Position numbers and translations under genes: made by a program | The notes under the pieces: model-generated | Database searches by the model: none | Seen by the model: the letters and a program-made list of their open reading frames with translations, nothing else | Told to the model about the DNA's origin: nothing | Shown here: positions 29,516 to 43,405 of the stretch, piece by piece | Numbering within the stretch: position 1 is the first letter of the stretch | How the letters are laid out: every line of letters begins with the position of its first letter | Source: Auanema rhodensis | Taxonomy: Eukaryota > Animalia > Nematoda | Length of the DNA: 64,000 bases | Reading direction: 5' to 3' | Assembly: GCA_964057225.1 (NCBI GenBank) | Contig: OZ059895.1 | Span: 7,936,001 to 8,000,000, forward strand

Positions 29516-31872
29516 TAGAGAGAGAAAGAGAGAGAGAAACAATGAATGGAAAGAAACAGTAATTAATTACAAAACAAAACAAAAAACTAATACATATAAT
29601 TGATATTGTATACATAAATTTAGTATGTATATATGTATACTACACCATTTTTATTATATGTATAGTTATAACACATAGTATATGCATCTATCAATTTGAT
29701 TATATACATATAATATTATAAATAATAGTTTAAATAACTTATTTGTAATGAGATAGAAATAAGTTAAGAAGACGAATAGAGAGTAAAGCTTGCCAAATAT
29801 ATAAAATAAAAAAAATAATATATCTACCAGAAAGCTTATATTGATAAATAGAATATAAATATATTCAAATTGTACAGAATATAGTTAACATAAAGATTTA
29901 TTTTTTTTTTTTGAATTTAACTATATTTTCAAGCTCACACATACGAATGAGATAGATAGTCGGCGAACTAATTTTTTTTTGTTTACATTCCTGAAGATTA
30001 AACTCAAACATATATTGAATTTTGGTGACGAAAATGAATATAATTGGTTAAATGAAACATATTGAAATGCAGCATTTCTCTGCTAAATTAGCCTTTCGAC
30101 TTCTAAGTTTAAAGAATAAAATAGTATACAATACTTTTTATTTTTATTTTTTAACAGCTTCATATATAATCAAAAGATTTTTAAACAATTCCTTTGCCTT
30201 TTCATTCTTTTTTTAAACTTCTCTCTATCTCTTACTATCTTTCTATTCCTCTTCTTCTCTCTCTCTTTCTTTCTCTTCTTTTCCTCTTTCTCTTCCTTTC
30301 CCTTTCTCATTCTATCTAGATCTAGAAATTGTTCTCTCCTTTCTTCATGATAATTTTATAATAAAATAATATATGATACCATATGATAGAAAATTGAAAA
30401 TTAGTAATAAATTCAAATAAATTTTAATTTGAAAAATTTATGAAATAAAAATAAAACTAATGATGATGTGTAAAATAAAAATAAAATAAAAAAAAACGAG
30501 AAAAAAGCTAAGACATACAGACATATGAGAGATTTTATTTGAAAAAATTTGCTGCTCATGTATTTTTCATGGATAGTTTCAAAACAAACTTGAGTTTGGT
30601 AGAAACAAAATAGTTTTCAAAATATACAATATATGGAATTTTTGATTAAAAATTTACAAAACTTTGCAAGCTAAAGGATTTTCCAAGTCAAAGGATTTCA
30701 AAGCTAACGCATTATTCTATGCTACACCCTTATAACTCATACTGATTTCTTTAACAAACAAAAAATGTTTGGAAATGCTCATAAAGGGGTAAAGCTTCAT
30801 ATTTTCCAGTATTCAAAAAAAAACAAAAGAAAAATAATAATAATATACGAAAAAACCCAAATGAAATAGAAAATATAAACTAACTCAAAAATCATGACCG
30901 AAAAATTTCAGAAAAAAAAAAGTTGGCGATTAATGAGCTTGACGTCAAAATCATAATGTGTTACTGATCATAACGTGTAAATGAGATCAAAAAAACAAAT
31001 AAAATGAACAACAGGTATTGGTGCGAAGAGAACAAAGACATTTTAACAGAAAACTAAACACAACTTCAAAATTTGTGCACACGATTTTAAAATTTTAGAC
31101 TTGGCGAAGGATAGGCTGCGAAAAGTTTGAAATGAAATTTGAGCTGAAGCAGCAGGTACCCACGTAGACAGGAGGCATAACCTGAGCATACACGTTTTAA
31201 CCGAGTTCGTTAGCCCGATGTGTGGGCTCGTAAGGAAAAAAATGATAAATCTTTCATCTGGCTACATCACGCTCATAGCTCTGCATTCTCATCTTGCACT
31301 TGCCTCTTTCCCACCTACTCCATTCATCTCGGATTGCCTATCATAGCATGCTGTAGTTATAAGACTTGTGCAAAGCAAAATACATATATAAGAACTAAAG
31401 AAGAAGGAAAAAGAAAGATTTGTGATTGTTTTATTTATGAAAAATATATAATTCAATTGCATAAAATATGTTCTCTAGTAGTTTAGAGTTCTTTTTGAAA
31501 TACATGAATTTGATATATACTATCATGCACATGTAATTTGATTTGTGAAAGCTTGAGATGATGAATAACATCAGCAAGAATGAAGTTTTGAAAGATGAAT
31601 TACATTTTGGTACATAAGCATATACATACATATTTCGATGTTCTTATTTTGTGTTCTTACTTTGATGATATTTGGTTAAAAAAAACTTCCGTTTTTCGTA
31701 AGAAATTGTGGTATAAGAGCAGACAATATACATCATGGCAACAACATTAAATTTCAAATGTAATTGACACGACCTTTGAAGCTATTCCAGCTTATTATTG
31801 TCATGAAAATTTCATTTTTGATCACTTTAGACAGTTGAAATAAGATGAAAAGTAAGATAGATAGAGAGAGAG

Positions 31873-31941
<69 letters not shown>

Positions 31942-33052
31942 AGGAAAAGAAAAGCAAAGTAGATAGATAGACAGAAAGAAGAAAAATGCGTTATGGATAC
32001 TTAGTCATTGAGAGAAAGAGAAGAACATGAGAAGTCACAGATTCATTTTGATGGTTATGAAGATATAAAGAGATGCAAAAAGGAAGCAGATATAAGTGCT
32101 AGGAAAGCACAAAAAAGAAAATAGTGAGATAGAGAGGGAGAAACTGTGAGAGAGAGAGACTGAGAGAGAGAAAGAGATTGATTACAGTTAATGATTATTC
32201 AGTTTTTAAATTTTTTTAAAAATGAAAACAAAAAAAACTATGTTTGATCTAATGGATGAAACAAACAGAGTTTGCCTTCACTTCTTGTATTTAGTGAAAA
32301 AATTAAATTTTTCTTTCAAAGTGTTCTTAAAAAAGACTTTAAATGTAACATGTTGGGGAAATTGAATAGCGATGTTCGTAACCAAATTATTTTATTTTTC
32401 AATATAAAAAAAGTTCAATGCAGAACAAAGCATTGAAAGAATTCTTTTTCGTGAAAAATTTGAAAAGTAAATTCAAATTTTTTTTTTGATACAAACAGAG
32501 TTAGCAACTAGACATACATTCTTTTAATAGTTTTTGTCTTCAAATTAAATTTTTCTAAAACATGAAACATACATATATGGGTTTTAAGAATTGAGTTAAA
32601 GCATTAACTCTCGTATTCTTGTATTGTACCTGCTATAACGAGATTATTTCAAATTAGCATTGCGAATCATGCACGTGTAAAGTTCACGTGAAAATTCCAC
32701 GAGAATTATTCAATAATGCATGAGAGTACATATAGATCATTTTTTTTTAATAAAAATCAATTTATTTTATTTCTTTTATTTAATTTTTTTAATCTCCTTT
32801 TTACTTGAAAATTGGTTTTTTTTTTCGAAAAATGGGATAAAGATTATTTAATGTCTAGCTTTCATTTTCGATATCTTTATTAATGCAATTAATTATTTAT
32901 AAATGTGGCCAATAATTAATTTGGAAATAAGACTTTAAAAGCAAATGATTGGACATTCAGAAATTTGAAATAAAAAATGCAAATGTTATCCATACTCATT
33001 TTGTGAGCATTTATCCCTTCTCTCTCTTTCTCTCTTTCTCTATTTCGCTCCT

Positions 33053-33100
<48 letters not shown>

Positions 33101-36100
33101 ATTTCTCAGTATTCTTTCATTTATTCTATCGACTCCGCCTATCCTAGTCATTACTCTCTTTAACTTTACCTCTTTTCACCTATTTCTAGATTCCTCCGTT
33201 GCTCTATCTTTCACTTTCTCTCTCTCTCTCCCTCTCTCTCTATTCTTTATTTTATTTTTTTTCTCTCCAATTATTGAGATCAAGTTTGAGTAAAACCTAT
33301 TTGAAGGGCAAAAAATAGTTTTTTTTTATGAAAAAAAAAGAAATTAAAGAATAGGGTTTGATCGTTAGATGATGAATCTTAATTAGAAATTTAAAGGAAA
33401 AAGACTGAAAAAAAAAGATTTTTGAATCTCTAATGAATGTTATTGGTATGCATACATGTATTATATAGTATGACAGTTTGTTATTTATAGAAGAAATAAA
33501 TGAAAACATTTAGAAGAAAAATATCCGAAATAATACAGAAAATCATCGAAAAGCTTAATAGTCTCCAGTGAATAAAAAATTATCTGAAGTACGAAATTTA
33601 GGCAACAGAACTTTTATGTCGTTTCAAATTCTCTTTCCTTCTCTTTCTCTCTTTCTTCCTTTCTCTCTCTATATCTCTCTATCCTCCCTTCCTTCCCTCT
33701 GTATTTTTCTTCTGCTTGTCTGTTTCTCTCAATGTCTGATCGTTTATGTTCTCTTGTTCTTTTTTCATTTCTTGTCATTTCTTACTTTCAAACCTATTCT
33801 CTTTTCGTTTGAAAATTTTTATACTTTCCAATGTGGAAGTATGCATGTAGAGATGTGAAAAACAAAATTCTACTCACTACCAGACACTAGAACCTTCAGA
33901 ATATGGTCGTAAAACAACATTCATTTAAATCTTAATAAAGAAAATGAAACAAAAACATTTGTGATGATGGATGAAATATGTGAATGGATATTCAATAGAA
34001 AATATTATTATAACTGATTTTACTTAAAATTTTACTATATAGTTAATATAAAAAAGCATAATATATAAATATATATATACATAGTATATGTATGTCAATA
34101 TTCCATTTGAGTATACTTCTCTTTACTTTGAGCCTTTTTTTTTATGAAGAAGGAGGAAGCGAATTAAAAAACAAATGAATGTAAAAAAAATTATAAAAAT
34201 AATGCTATTAATGATTAAAATGAAGTCAGTCAAGTGTCGTATGTATGGATGTTGTTTGTCAGCTTTTCTATTGACTTTATATGGTTTTTATTGTGTTGAA
34301 AAGAGAAGACAAGAAATCAAAATCAAAATTTCATGATGAAGTAAAATAAATTTTCAAAAAAAAAAAAAAAACAGGGAAAGACGGATTGATGGATATACGA
34401 ATAGATGATAAAAGAGTTCAGAAGACGGTTACGAGACTAAAGAAGTAGATGACGACGAAAAAGAAGAAGAAGGAAAATATGCAAAACATCCTATGTGACT
34501 TCAGAAGAATACTGCAGAAGAATAAAGTTTAAATTTATCTTTGTGTGTGTGATAGAGAACAAAATTGGAAAGTGCAGTTATTTTGAGAGAAAATCGTATA
34601 AGTTAAAGATAACTGAAATATTTTATTTTTCTTGGGAAAAAAAGGAAACGCAGACTGTTTGAGTCGGCGAACAGTTAAGAGAGAGAGAGAGAGGGGGGGG
34701 GGCTGAAAATTACAAAAAAAAAGAGAAAAAATGAAAAAGACAGCAAGAAAGAGAAAAGGAGTAGATGAGGGAGTGTGGTTAGCCAAGCGAAGACTCATAG
34801 TCGTCTCAACTTGAATTCTCTTTACATGTAAAGCTTGAATGAACAGGAAACAATAAACTCAAAAGACAAGAGACAAGTCAACATTGAACGATTAGCTTAA
34901 AAGGCTATAGAGGGGCAAAAGTTAAAGTAGATGTTGATTGTATCATAAACTATATATGTTTTTAATATTACAAACTATATGTGTAGTTACTAAAGGTGAA
35001 TTAGAAATAAATTTACATTCTTGCTATGTCTCAGTCTTCTTTCTTCTACTTCAATCTCATCTCAACGTTTTATAATCATGTACATATATAGAAGTTATTG
35101 TTTGTGGTGGTTTAAGAAAAAAAAAAAGTTTTATCTCTAGATTATTCAATTTTCTTAGTTATTTTTATTAGAAAATTCTTAGAAAAAGAAGATATATTTG
35201 GATGGGAATGTATGTCTGTACCATCAAATAATCAGAGCAAATTAACTATTTTCTAAGAAATTAAAAGCATTTTCAGCAACAAATATGTCAATTTGTGTAC
35301 ATGTATCTTCTCCTTACTTTATGTGAAATATTTATGAACATATGTATGCATGTAAGCACATAGTTGTTTCTATCACAATCCTTCTCTCTGTCTGGCTTCG
35401 TATCCTGTGTGTCTGTGTGCGTATGTTTCAAAGTTTCTCTCATCATTTAGTTTTTTTTTTGTTTTTTTTTTAACTGTATCTTACTCTTCCTCTTTAGAAT
35501 TTAGTAATTTAGTTAATTTTATTTTTTTTTGGACCACCTAAGTTGTTAATAAAATCAATTTTTGTCATGAATTCAAGTGTATGAATTGTATGAAAATTAA
35601 GTAAAGTATGTGATTATGAGTCAATTAGTTAATATTAAAATATATATACATATATATATATACTATATACATATAATTTGATGTACAATTAGATGAAAAT
35701 AAAGGATAGATTGTTTTTTGATTTCAAATTAAGTATGTAGATGTTATAAAAGAATTAAAAGAACTAGAAATGATAATATAGTTAGTATAATGCTAGTAGT
35801 AATAGCTAGAGTAATAGCAGTATAGACGTACATGATAACATCGTCTATTGTGAGGTTGACATGGAGGAAAAAGTAATAGAATTCGTAGTCCAATACCAAT
35901 CCAGACATATAGAAAAATGGGAAAAACGTGAGGATGAAAAGAGAGGCAGAACCAGTGCTGAACGATAGATTTTGGAACAAATTAGCATAAGCATTATGTA
36001 AATCGTGAATTGGAGAAAACAGAAGTGAATACAATAGTGCCGATGGCAATAGATGATGACGACGATGTGAATGAAGTAGATGATTGGGGGAGTATGTAGC

Positions 36101-38358
36101 AACACATTGAAACAATGTATGTATAATAGATTTATAATTAAGTAAATATAGATTTGTATGGTATACATACATAATATGAAAATTTAAAAGTAATAGAAAT
36201 CGAAAATCGTTTAATCATTTTACAGATAAGTTACAAGAAGTTGACATCAACATCATCACAATTCTATATGAAAACTACAAAAATTTCAATAATATTGACG
36301 CATTGCAAGCAAATGTTGTTCCTACTATTCATATTCAAATTATTATCTTTAAATAATAATATATAATAAATATTATATTATATTATAATTAATAAATAGA
36401 AATTTAATTTTAATTATCATTATTATTATTATTATTATATTTTAACCTTATATAGTTAATATATGTACGTATTTACATATGAATAGTATATCAAGAATAG
36501 CTGGATATACATATATCAAGAAAATTCTAAGAAAAAAAAAAGATTCTGCTCATTTTTTGAGAAAAAAATGTTCTTTTCTTTTTTTGATTTACTTGAATTT
36601 CGTTTGAAACTTGCTCATCTCCAGCTGATCAAAGATCTATTAAATAGCCATTTTTTCTTTCTCTTTGTCTCTCAATAGAGACATACATGTACATATATGT
36701 AGATATAGTTTGATGACAACATAATATACATATACATATAGTTATAGAGTATATTTATATTTATTAAAATAAGAAAAATATATATCGAAAATATAATGAT
36801 TGAAATAATTATTTTTATGAAATAGATTTAGATATAATGGCTTTGTCGACATCAAATACCATTGTATTCACAGAAATTGGATGAAATATTAGAATGAAAG
36901 AGCAGAAGAAAAAAAAAGAAAAGAAAATTATTTTGATTACTGACATTGAAAATGCGATCTAAGACATGATTCTGACATGATAATTTGAATTTCTAATTAA
37001 AATATTATTATGTTTCAAAGTTATATGTATGTATTTCGATATTAAAATAATTTTAACATTGATTTATCTTTAAAAAATGAAAAATACGAGAGAAATACCT
37101 AATACATATCAACTTCTTTACGATATTTTCTTTAATTCAGAAGGTTAAACTTCAAAAGATATGAGAAAGTAATTGAGAATATTAGATAATTTATTTTAAA
37201 ATCAGCTGCATAATTATCAAAACTCAATAAATATATAGATAAAAATATTATATTGATTGAAATTAATTAATAACTATCAAAATTAATATTTCTATCTTTT
37301 TACTACTTCATTAAGAACTTTTAACTCATTTACCCTACTCCTCTCCCTCCCCCTCTCCCCTCTCTCTCTCTCTTATAAAACTTTTACTTACATACCATAT
37401 AATAGAGAAAATAGATCATAAAATAGAAAATTAATATTACACGATACTACGACCAAACGAATGAAATTAACATTTTACTGAAACTTTGGTTTAGATCGGA
37501 CAACTTGAAATTCCAAAACAATTTTTAACTTTTTTTCTGTTTTTTTCATAAACTATAATAATCAAATTATGATTATTTTAACTATTATTATATATTTTTC
37601 TTCATATTTATGTGAAAAAATCAAAGAACAAGACATAAGAAGAAGGAGATGAATATACATATCAACAGCATTATGTTAAGACATTAACACCGCTATCGTC
37701 AACACACAAAGTATTGAGTTTATCAGATAAACATATTGATAATATTAAAAGAATTAGTGCGAATTTCATAAAAATTCAACATTTCCTACCTTTTCTTCAT
37801 AAATTGAGCCAAATCAAGTGATTTTTTTTTATATTTATTGGAAAAAAAGTAAAGAAAGTTAATAGAGAATTGGTGGTGGATGTAGAACAAATGAAGTAGA
37901 AGCTTTAAGACAGTTGTTTTTTGAATATAAATAGATTCGTCTAAATCTACATATATAAAACAAAATTTTAATCAAATACACGAGGGAGAGGTTGTTATCC
38001 AAATTCATCCTTTTTTTTTCTCTAAAATATGAACGAATAAATATTCTTTCTTATTTTTATGGAAAATTGTGAAAAAAAAAGAAAAACTAGTAATTAAAGC
38101 ATAAATAAAAAATAAAATAATGTATATTTATTTGGAAAAAATTATAATAAATAGAAAACACATTATTGAGATGTGCACCGAACTGTACGAAGTGATGATA
38201 AAGAGAAGGTTTGAGCTTGTATGAATAGAGCTTAGTTCCTGATTAGCATTACCAGGAAAATAGAACAGAGTTGTTAAGAGAGATAGGTAGAGATCAAGAG
38301 AGAGAAAGAGAGCGAGAGAGTGAGAGAGAGAGAGAGAGAGCGAGAGAGCGAGAGAGAA

Positions 38359-38403
<45 letters not shown>

Positions 38404-39797
38404 GAAACAAGGTAATATACTCTATTTTAGAAAAAAGAAGGTAATGTTGCAAATGCAAACATGTTCATGAACATTTCGGAGTATTTTCATGCACATACAT
38501 GCACTAAGAATAACTATGAGAAAAAAAAAGAGGAAATTATAGTTTTGTACTATGTTTTTGAGATAATACCATTTATATACAAGTACAGCATAAAAACTTT
38601 TAAATATTCCTGATATATGTATATAATGGATTTTAAATAATATTATTTAAAAAATGAAATTAAGATAAAAAACAAGAAAACAAAATAAGAAAATGAACGT
38701 GAAAAATACCTTAAATGTACTTCAATATTTATATTTTATATAATATTTGATTTGTTTTTATTCATAATTCTTTTAAAAACTCTTTTTTTCTTTATTTTAG
38801 AATAAAAAAAAACTAAACGGAAACAAATGATTGTATCATCAAGGCGTAAATTCGAATGAAAAGAAGATGCAGTTTAAAGAAATGGATGAGAAAATTCAAA
38901 GAAAAACAGTTGAAATATTGAAATGAATATGTTCAATTTGTATTGAAATTGCTCAACACAAAGGTTTTGAACATTTGATTTTTACAAGAAAAATAGAATT
39001 TTAAATAAATACGAGAGAAAATATAATATATGAAATAGAGAAGAGATTGATCTTTTATACTTGAATGTATAGTTAATATTAAAAGTTAGAAAGATGGTTG
39101 AATAATATATAAATTAATATTTAAATGAATAAAATTAAGAAATTATAATATATTAAATTATATTAAAACTCACAACTGCTTTGAATTTTTTGATGTTGAT
39201 CCCATAAATTTATGATATTTAAAAATTCTAAATTGACTTCGTCGAAATGATCTGAAAAGTTCATTTATTATTTAAATCAAACAAACTTCGTTTTAAAGTT
39301 TACGTGACATGTCTCACGTAAGCTAACTGACATCATTTTTATTTTTATTTTATTTAGAAATCGGTTGCATTCCATATAGCATTCAATATATTCATATAAT
39401 CAAGTTAGAAGATCAAAAGATGATTTTCTAATTACCTTGTAGCAAAATTAGCTAAACGTTTAGTGGTTGATATTGGATTAGTGAAGGTTGAAGTACTGGG
39501 TTCATCGGCTGTACCATTGCTGGAACCTGGAGCCGGAGATGTTGATCTGCTATCTGATCTATGTGATTTGTCATCAGAATCTGTAAATTTAGTCAGTAAA
39601 ATAGACAAAAATAATGTTTTGTTTTTCTGCAAAATAATTTTAATATTATGTATTTTCAATATAATAAATAAATAGAAATTATAGAAACTTTTTCGTTTAA
39701 CTGATCGGCGATTAAATAAGAGACGAGATATGCCACTGGATGAACGATCAGATTCTATAGAGGACTGCCTAGACATTCGCCGCGGAGATACAGACAT
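17378..39797 (-). CDS. Rho GTPase-activating protein, ARHGAP6/ARHGAP36-like, ~869 aa, 20 exons
   Basis: Exons 39797-39689, 39580-39436, 28729-28537, 22397-22276, 22197-22065, 20446-20287, 20194-20087, 20041-19921, 19847-19742, 19419-19282, 19236-19056, 19008-18932, 18818-18674, 18626-18484, 18435-18274, 18219-18122, 18053-17965, 17852-17763, 17715-17584, 17535-17378 (2610 nt, all in phase). RhoGAP motifs VPRIVENCTQYL, GLFRIAG (arginine finger), HDVATLLKEYFRDLP, GNKMDAKNLATIFAP. The LSDIERTALQ segment is ARHGAP6-like. Linkage of the three most 5' exons rests on phase compatibility. Confidence 0.88.
21178..21255 (-). CDS. Candidate internal alternative first exon of the RhoGAP (MDWAIFVIKYRRTSLQSSKRRRRRQL)
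   Basis: TTATCAG acceptor at 21273-21274, ATG at 21255, 26 codons, phase-0 donor TTG|GTATTC matching the phase-0 exon at 20446. Confidence 0.5.
27532..27636 (+). repeat. 105-bp inverted repeat, copy A (RhoGAP intron 3)
   Basis: AGAGCAACGGAGGAATCTAG...GATACTGAGAAAT is the reverse complement of 33101-33205 with one mismatch. Embedded in (GA)n. Confidence 0.95.
29311..29536 (+). repeat. Compound (GA)n microsatellite tract, representative of many
   Basis: Long interrupted GA run. Other (GA)n runs at about 6549-6600, 8776-8850, 15561-15604, 20980-21050, 27440-27534, 31864-31937, 38300-38405, 44788-44854, 62260-62346, 63025-63083. Confidence 0.9.
33101..33205 (-). repeat. 105-bp inverted repeat, copy B (RhoGAP intron 2)
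   Basis: ATTTCTCAGTATTCTTTC...CCTCCGTTGCTCT, the reverse complement of 27532-27636 (104/105). Embedded in (TC)n. Confidence 0.95.
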
Positions 39798-41069
39798 CTG
39801 TAATTTTAAATATAAAATTTGAATATAACCTAATACGCTGATGGATGTGTTTGAAAATAAAAAATAAAAAAAATTTTATCAGAAAAATAACAAAGTAGGG
39901 AGTTTGAAGAACAATAGTGTAGAAGGAAAATGTTTCGAAAAAATCTGAAAATGAAACAAAAAGAAATAAAAATGTATTAATAGACGTCATAAAATATATA
40001 TTTGAGTACATCGTATTACCATCAAAAATCAGAATATTGTGGAAGAAACATTAAGACACAATGAGGGAAATGAGAATAAGAGGGAGAGAAAGAGATAGAG
40101 AGATACTGAGAGTAAGAGAGAGAGACAGAAAGAGAGTGGGAGTAAAAGAGGGAGAAAGAGAATTGAAGAGAGGGACAAAGATAAAAAATTATTGCACAGA
40201 TATATCAAGGTAGAGGTTAGATTGGATTGCAGAGTTGAGTAGGATACGAACAAGAAAGTCGAAAATGAGCTAAGTTTCAAGTATGAACAGCAATTGGACT
40301 TTAATGGATTCTCAAAAATTGTATTGGGTGGGCTGGTTTGGATGAAATAATAAATTTGTAAACTACTTCCTCTTTTCAAGGTTCAGTGTGATATGATATC
40401 GAGGGAAGATGCTCTAAAGGAAAGACGAAGGGTAGGAAAAGTTGTTAAAATTAGATTTCTGATGTGATGATAGCGGAAGTTTATCGAAGGAACTTGGGTA
40501 GGGGTAAAGGAAGGAGTAGAGAAGTGGCATCAGTGTTTGACTGAAATAGGATGGAATTTATGAGTGAGTAAGAAAATATTGACAATTTTTTCTTGATCTT
40601 TTCCTTCTGTTGCAGCATGATCAATAAAAGTTCGAAAAATAGTAATGCAAAAACATTTGATATAGAATTAGAAAAGCCATAGAGAGAAAGAGAGAGAGAA
40701 CGAGAGAAAGAAAGAGAGAGAATAGATGAAAAGGCACAAGAGAAAGAGAGAAAAAGAGATAAAGAGATATAGTTAGAGAGTAAGAGAAAAACAAGAAAAA
40801 ACAAGAGTAAAGAAGGGAGAATATAGAAGAGAAGGAGGAATATTATATATATACATATACATATATATGTATTAAAGTGAAATAAGTGAAATTAATAAAT
40901 ATATTATAAGCACTATGATGTAAGTAAATAAAAATTTAAAAACTAAATATCATAAATCATGTGAATAAATGAATAAATTGATTATTTCTTTATGAAAGAT
41001 ATGTAATGAATCAGTTAAAAGTTAAAAAGTTTCAAATATGAAAAGAAAAATAAAGAAACATATACACAT

Positions 41070-41104
<35 letters not shown>

Positions 41105-42272
41105 AAACATCGTCATCATCATCATCATAGTTTAATCTAATTTTGAGAGCAATCAGTATATTTTTGTGATCAATCCCTCAGGCTATGACAACTGAATGAT
41201 ATTTTTTACATCAAAAATGATGAAATTAATTATTTTTTCATTTAAGCAAAATGGAAAAATGCTGTTTAATACTGATTTTCTGAATATGAGCAGCCGTTGT
41301 CAGGTACGCTGACAGGCATCTCTCTGTCAATTCAACAAGACAGCGAGATAGAAAATATAAATTATGTATAATAGAAAATAGACTTTTGAGATTTAACATT
41401 TTAGAAATTATAATTAAGTTTTCAATGATTAATCCAAATTTCAAAATTTTAAAAAATATAAGAAAAAAGAAGAAGGAATATCATATATATGGAATGCTTT
41501 GAAAAAATGTGCAATAGTACATAAGATATGATTAAGGTCATGTTTAGTATATCATACTATATGCAAAACTTTTTTTTTCTTGTAGAGTAGGAAAATTAAA
41601 TTCTCCGACAAAAGTTGTTAAGAAAATATTCATAAAATCAAGAGTTAAAGCATAAAGATGTTATATTGATGAAGTACAACAAGTTTTGTATTTATTTGAG
41701 TAATAAAATATATTTGTTATTTCCGATTCTAAACTTTGAAATAATTGAAATAGTTTGTGATTGAAGGGAGAGAGAGAGAGAGAAAGGGAGTAGGAGAGAG
41801 AGAGGGAGAGAATGAGGGACAGAGGTGAAAGGGGGCGAGGGTCAGAAATCATTTCAATTTCTTGAATTAACGAAACGACCTCTGTTCATAGTTTTTTTTT
41901 TGTTAAAACCCAGATGTACATCTAAATGTGAATGATGTCATAATCTAATAAAATATGAATTCAAATATGAAAAGGTTTATTTCAGAAAGTTCTAAATAAA
42001 CATTGAAAAATTGTATTAAAGTTTTAAAAATTAAATTATTATTATTTGAAATATGAAAATTAATGTGAAAATATCTAAATGCTTTTTCAGTTATTTTGGA
42101 GCTTTTAGCCAGTTAAAGCAATTAAAGTAATTGTACCTTCTCTTATACACATATGGAATAAAATGAGATGATGATGATGATGATGATGATGATTGTTGAT
42201 GATGATGAGGATGGTTGATGAGGATGACAACGATGACTTGGTTCAATTTCAGAATTGTGATAAATATTATAA

Positions 42273-42331
<59 letters not shown>

Positions 42332-43377
42332 GGATTGAGAGAGATTGACAGAGAGAGAGAGAGGGAGATGTACATACATTCAGTAAATACGACAACGACA
42401 AGAGAAGAAAATTTAAAAGAAAAAAAAAGAAAATTGTCTTTCTAATTCATATTCAGAAGATTCTTAAATATATACTATATGAAGTGCGATAAAGAATGCA
42501 GAAAAAGAATTTTTGTTTTTTTTTCTTTCACGGTATCAACTTAATTATACAGTAATTCGATAACTCTTGGTCTGATTCTGAAAAATCGTCATATGCCATA
42601 TAAGCTTTACTGCTTTTCTCTAACTCTCCCTCTTTCTCTCTCTCTCTCTGTTACATACATCGTTATCATTTTCATTTGAAAATCGTATTTTATATTTTTC
42701 AAATAAACTATTATTTATGGTATGTATCTTCAATATGTATATCCATAATAGTTCTATAATGATATGACAAATCTATCAGTAGAGTGCTGTCTGGATGTCA
42801 TATATATAGCAACGAGATTCAGCTTTTCTTGCTATCGTCTCCTCGACGACGAGATAACGTCTGATGTCTAGAGTTCCTGATTCGATTAAAGATACAGCTC
42901 AAAGATGGCGATATGTGTATTATATTTCTACAAACATATGTATGTATGTAGTTATTGAAGAAAGAGAAAAGTAAAAGGAATAGGAGAGGGAGAAGGGCGG
43001 AAAGGGAGGAGGAGGGGGGGGGGGGAGTTGGTATAAAGGGGAATAAGGTGAATTAGATGATGATAGGCGGAGCAAGAAGCAAAAACGATAACAAGCATTC
43101 ATGAAATTAACAAAGTTAAGAAATAGAATGACGTCATATATAAGTAAATGTGTGTATTAGTTAGTACGTACTTAAGGAGAAATACTTATAAAAATGATTT
43201 AATATGAGGGAAAAGTATAGTATAAGAAAATTTGTTTATCATATTATATATATTTATATAACAATATATATACATAACATATAAATATACTAATTTTATT
43301 AATTTTATAATGAAATATAAAACAAATGAATAGATATGTACATGCAAATGAGCAGAATATTCAGTCCATCGGCTCAC

Positions 43378-43405
43378 CTCCGGGAATGATGAAGGTCTTC
43401 CACAT
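43378..43405 (-). CDS. Candidate distal alternative first micro-exon of the RhoGAP (MWKTFIIPG)
   Basis: ATG at 43405, strong donor GAG|GTGAGC, phase 1. In frame with the phase-1 exon at 39580, giving MWKTFIIPGDSDDKSHRS. Confidence 0.45.

Noticed and set aside
27532-33205. Inverted repeats as TIRs of a 5.7-kb DNA transposon
   Set aside because: No transposase remnant or recognisable target-site duplication, and the interior holds an in-phase host exon.
33281-33290. CAAGTTTGAG resembling the 3' end of SL1
   Set aside because: Only 10 of 22 nt match; the GGTTTAATTACC half and the SL RNA body are missing.
35744-36172. 142-aa hydrophobic minus-strand ORF in RhoGAP intron 2
   Set aside because: Composition follows AT/purine skew; no usable splice sites or recognisable domain.
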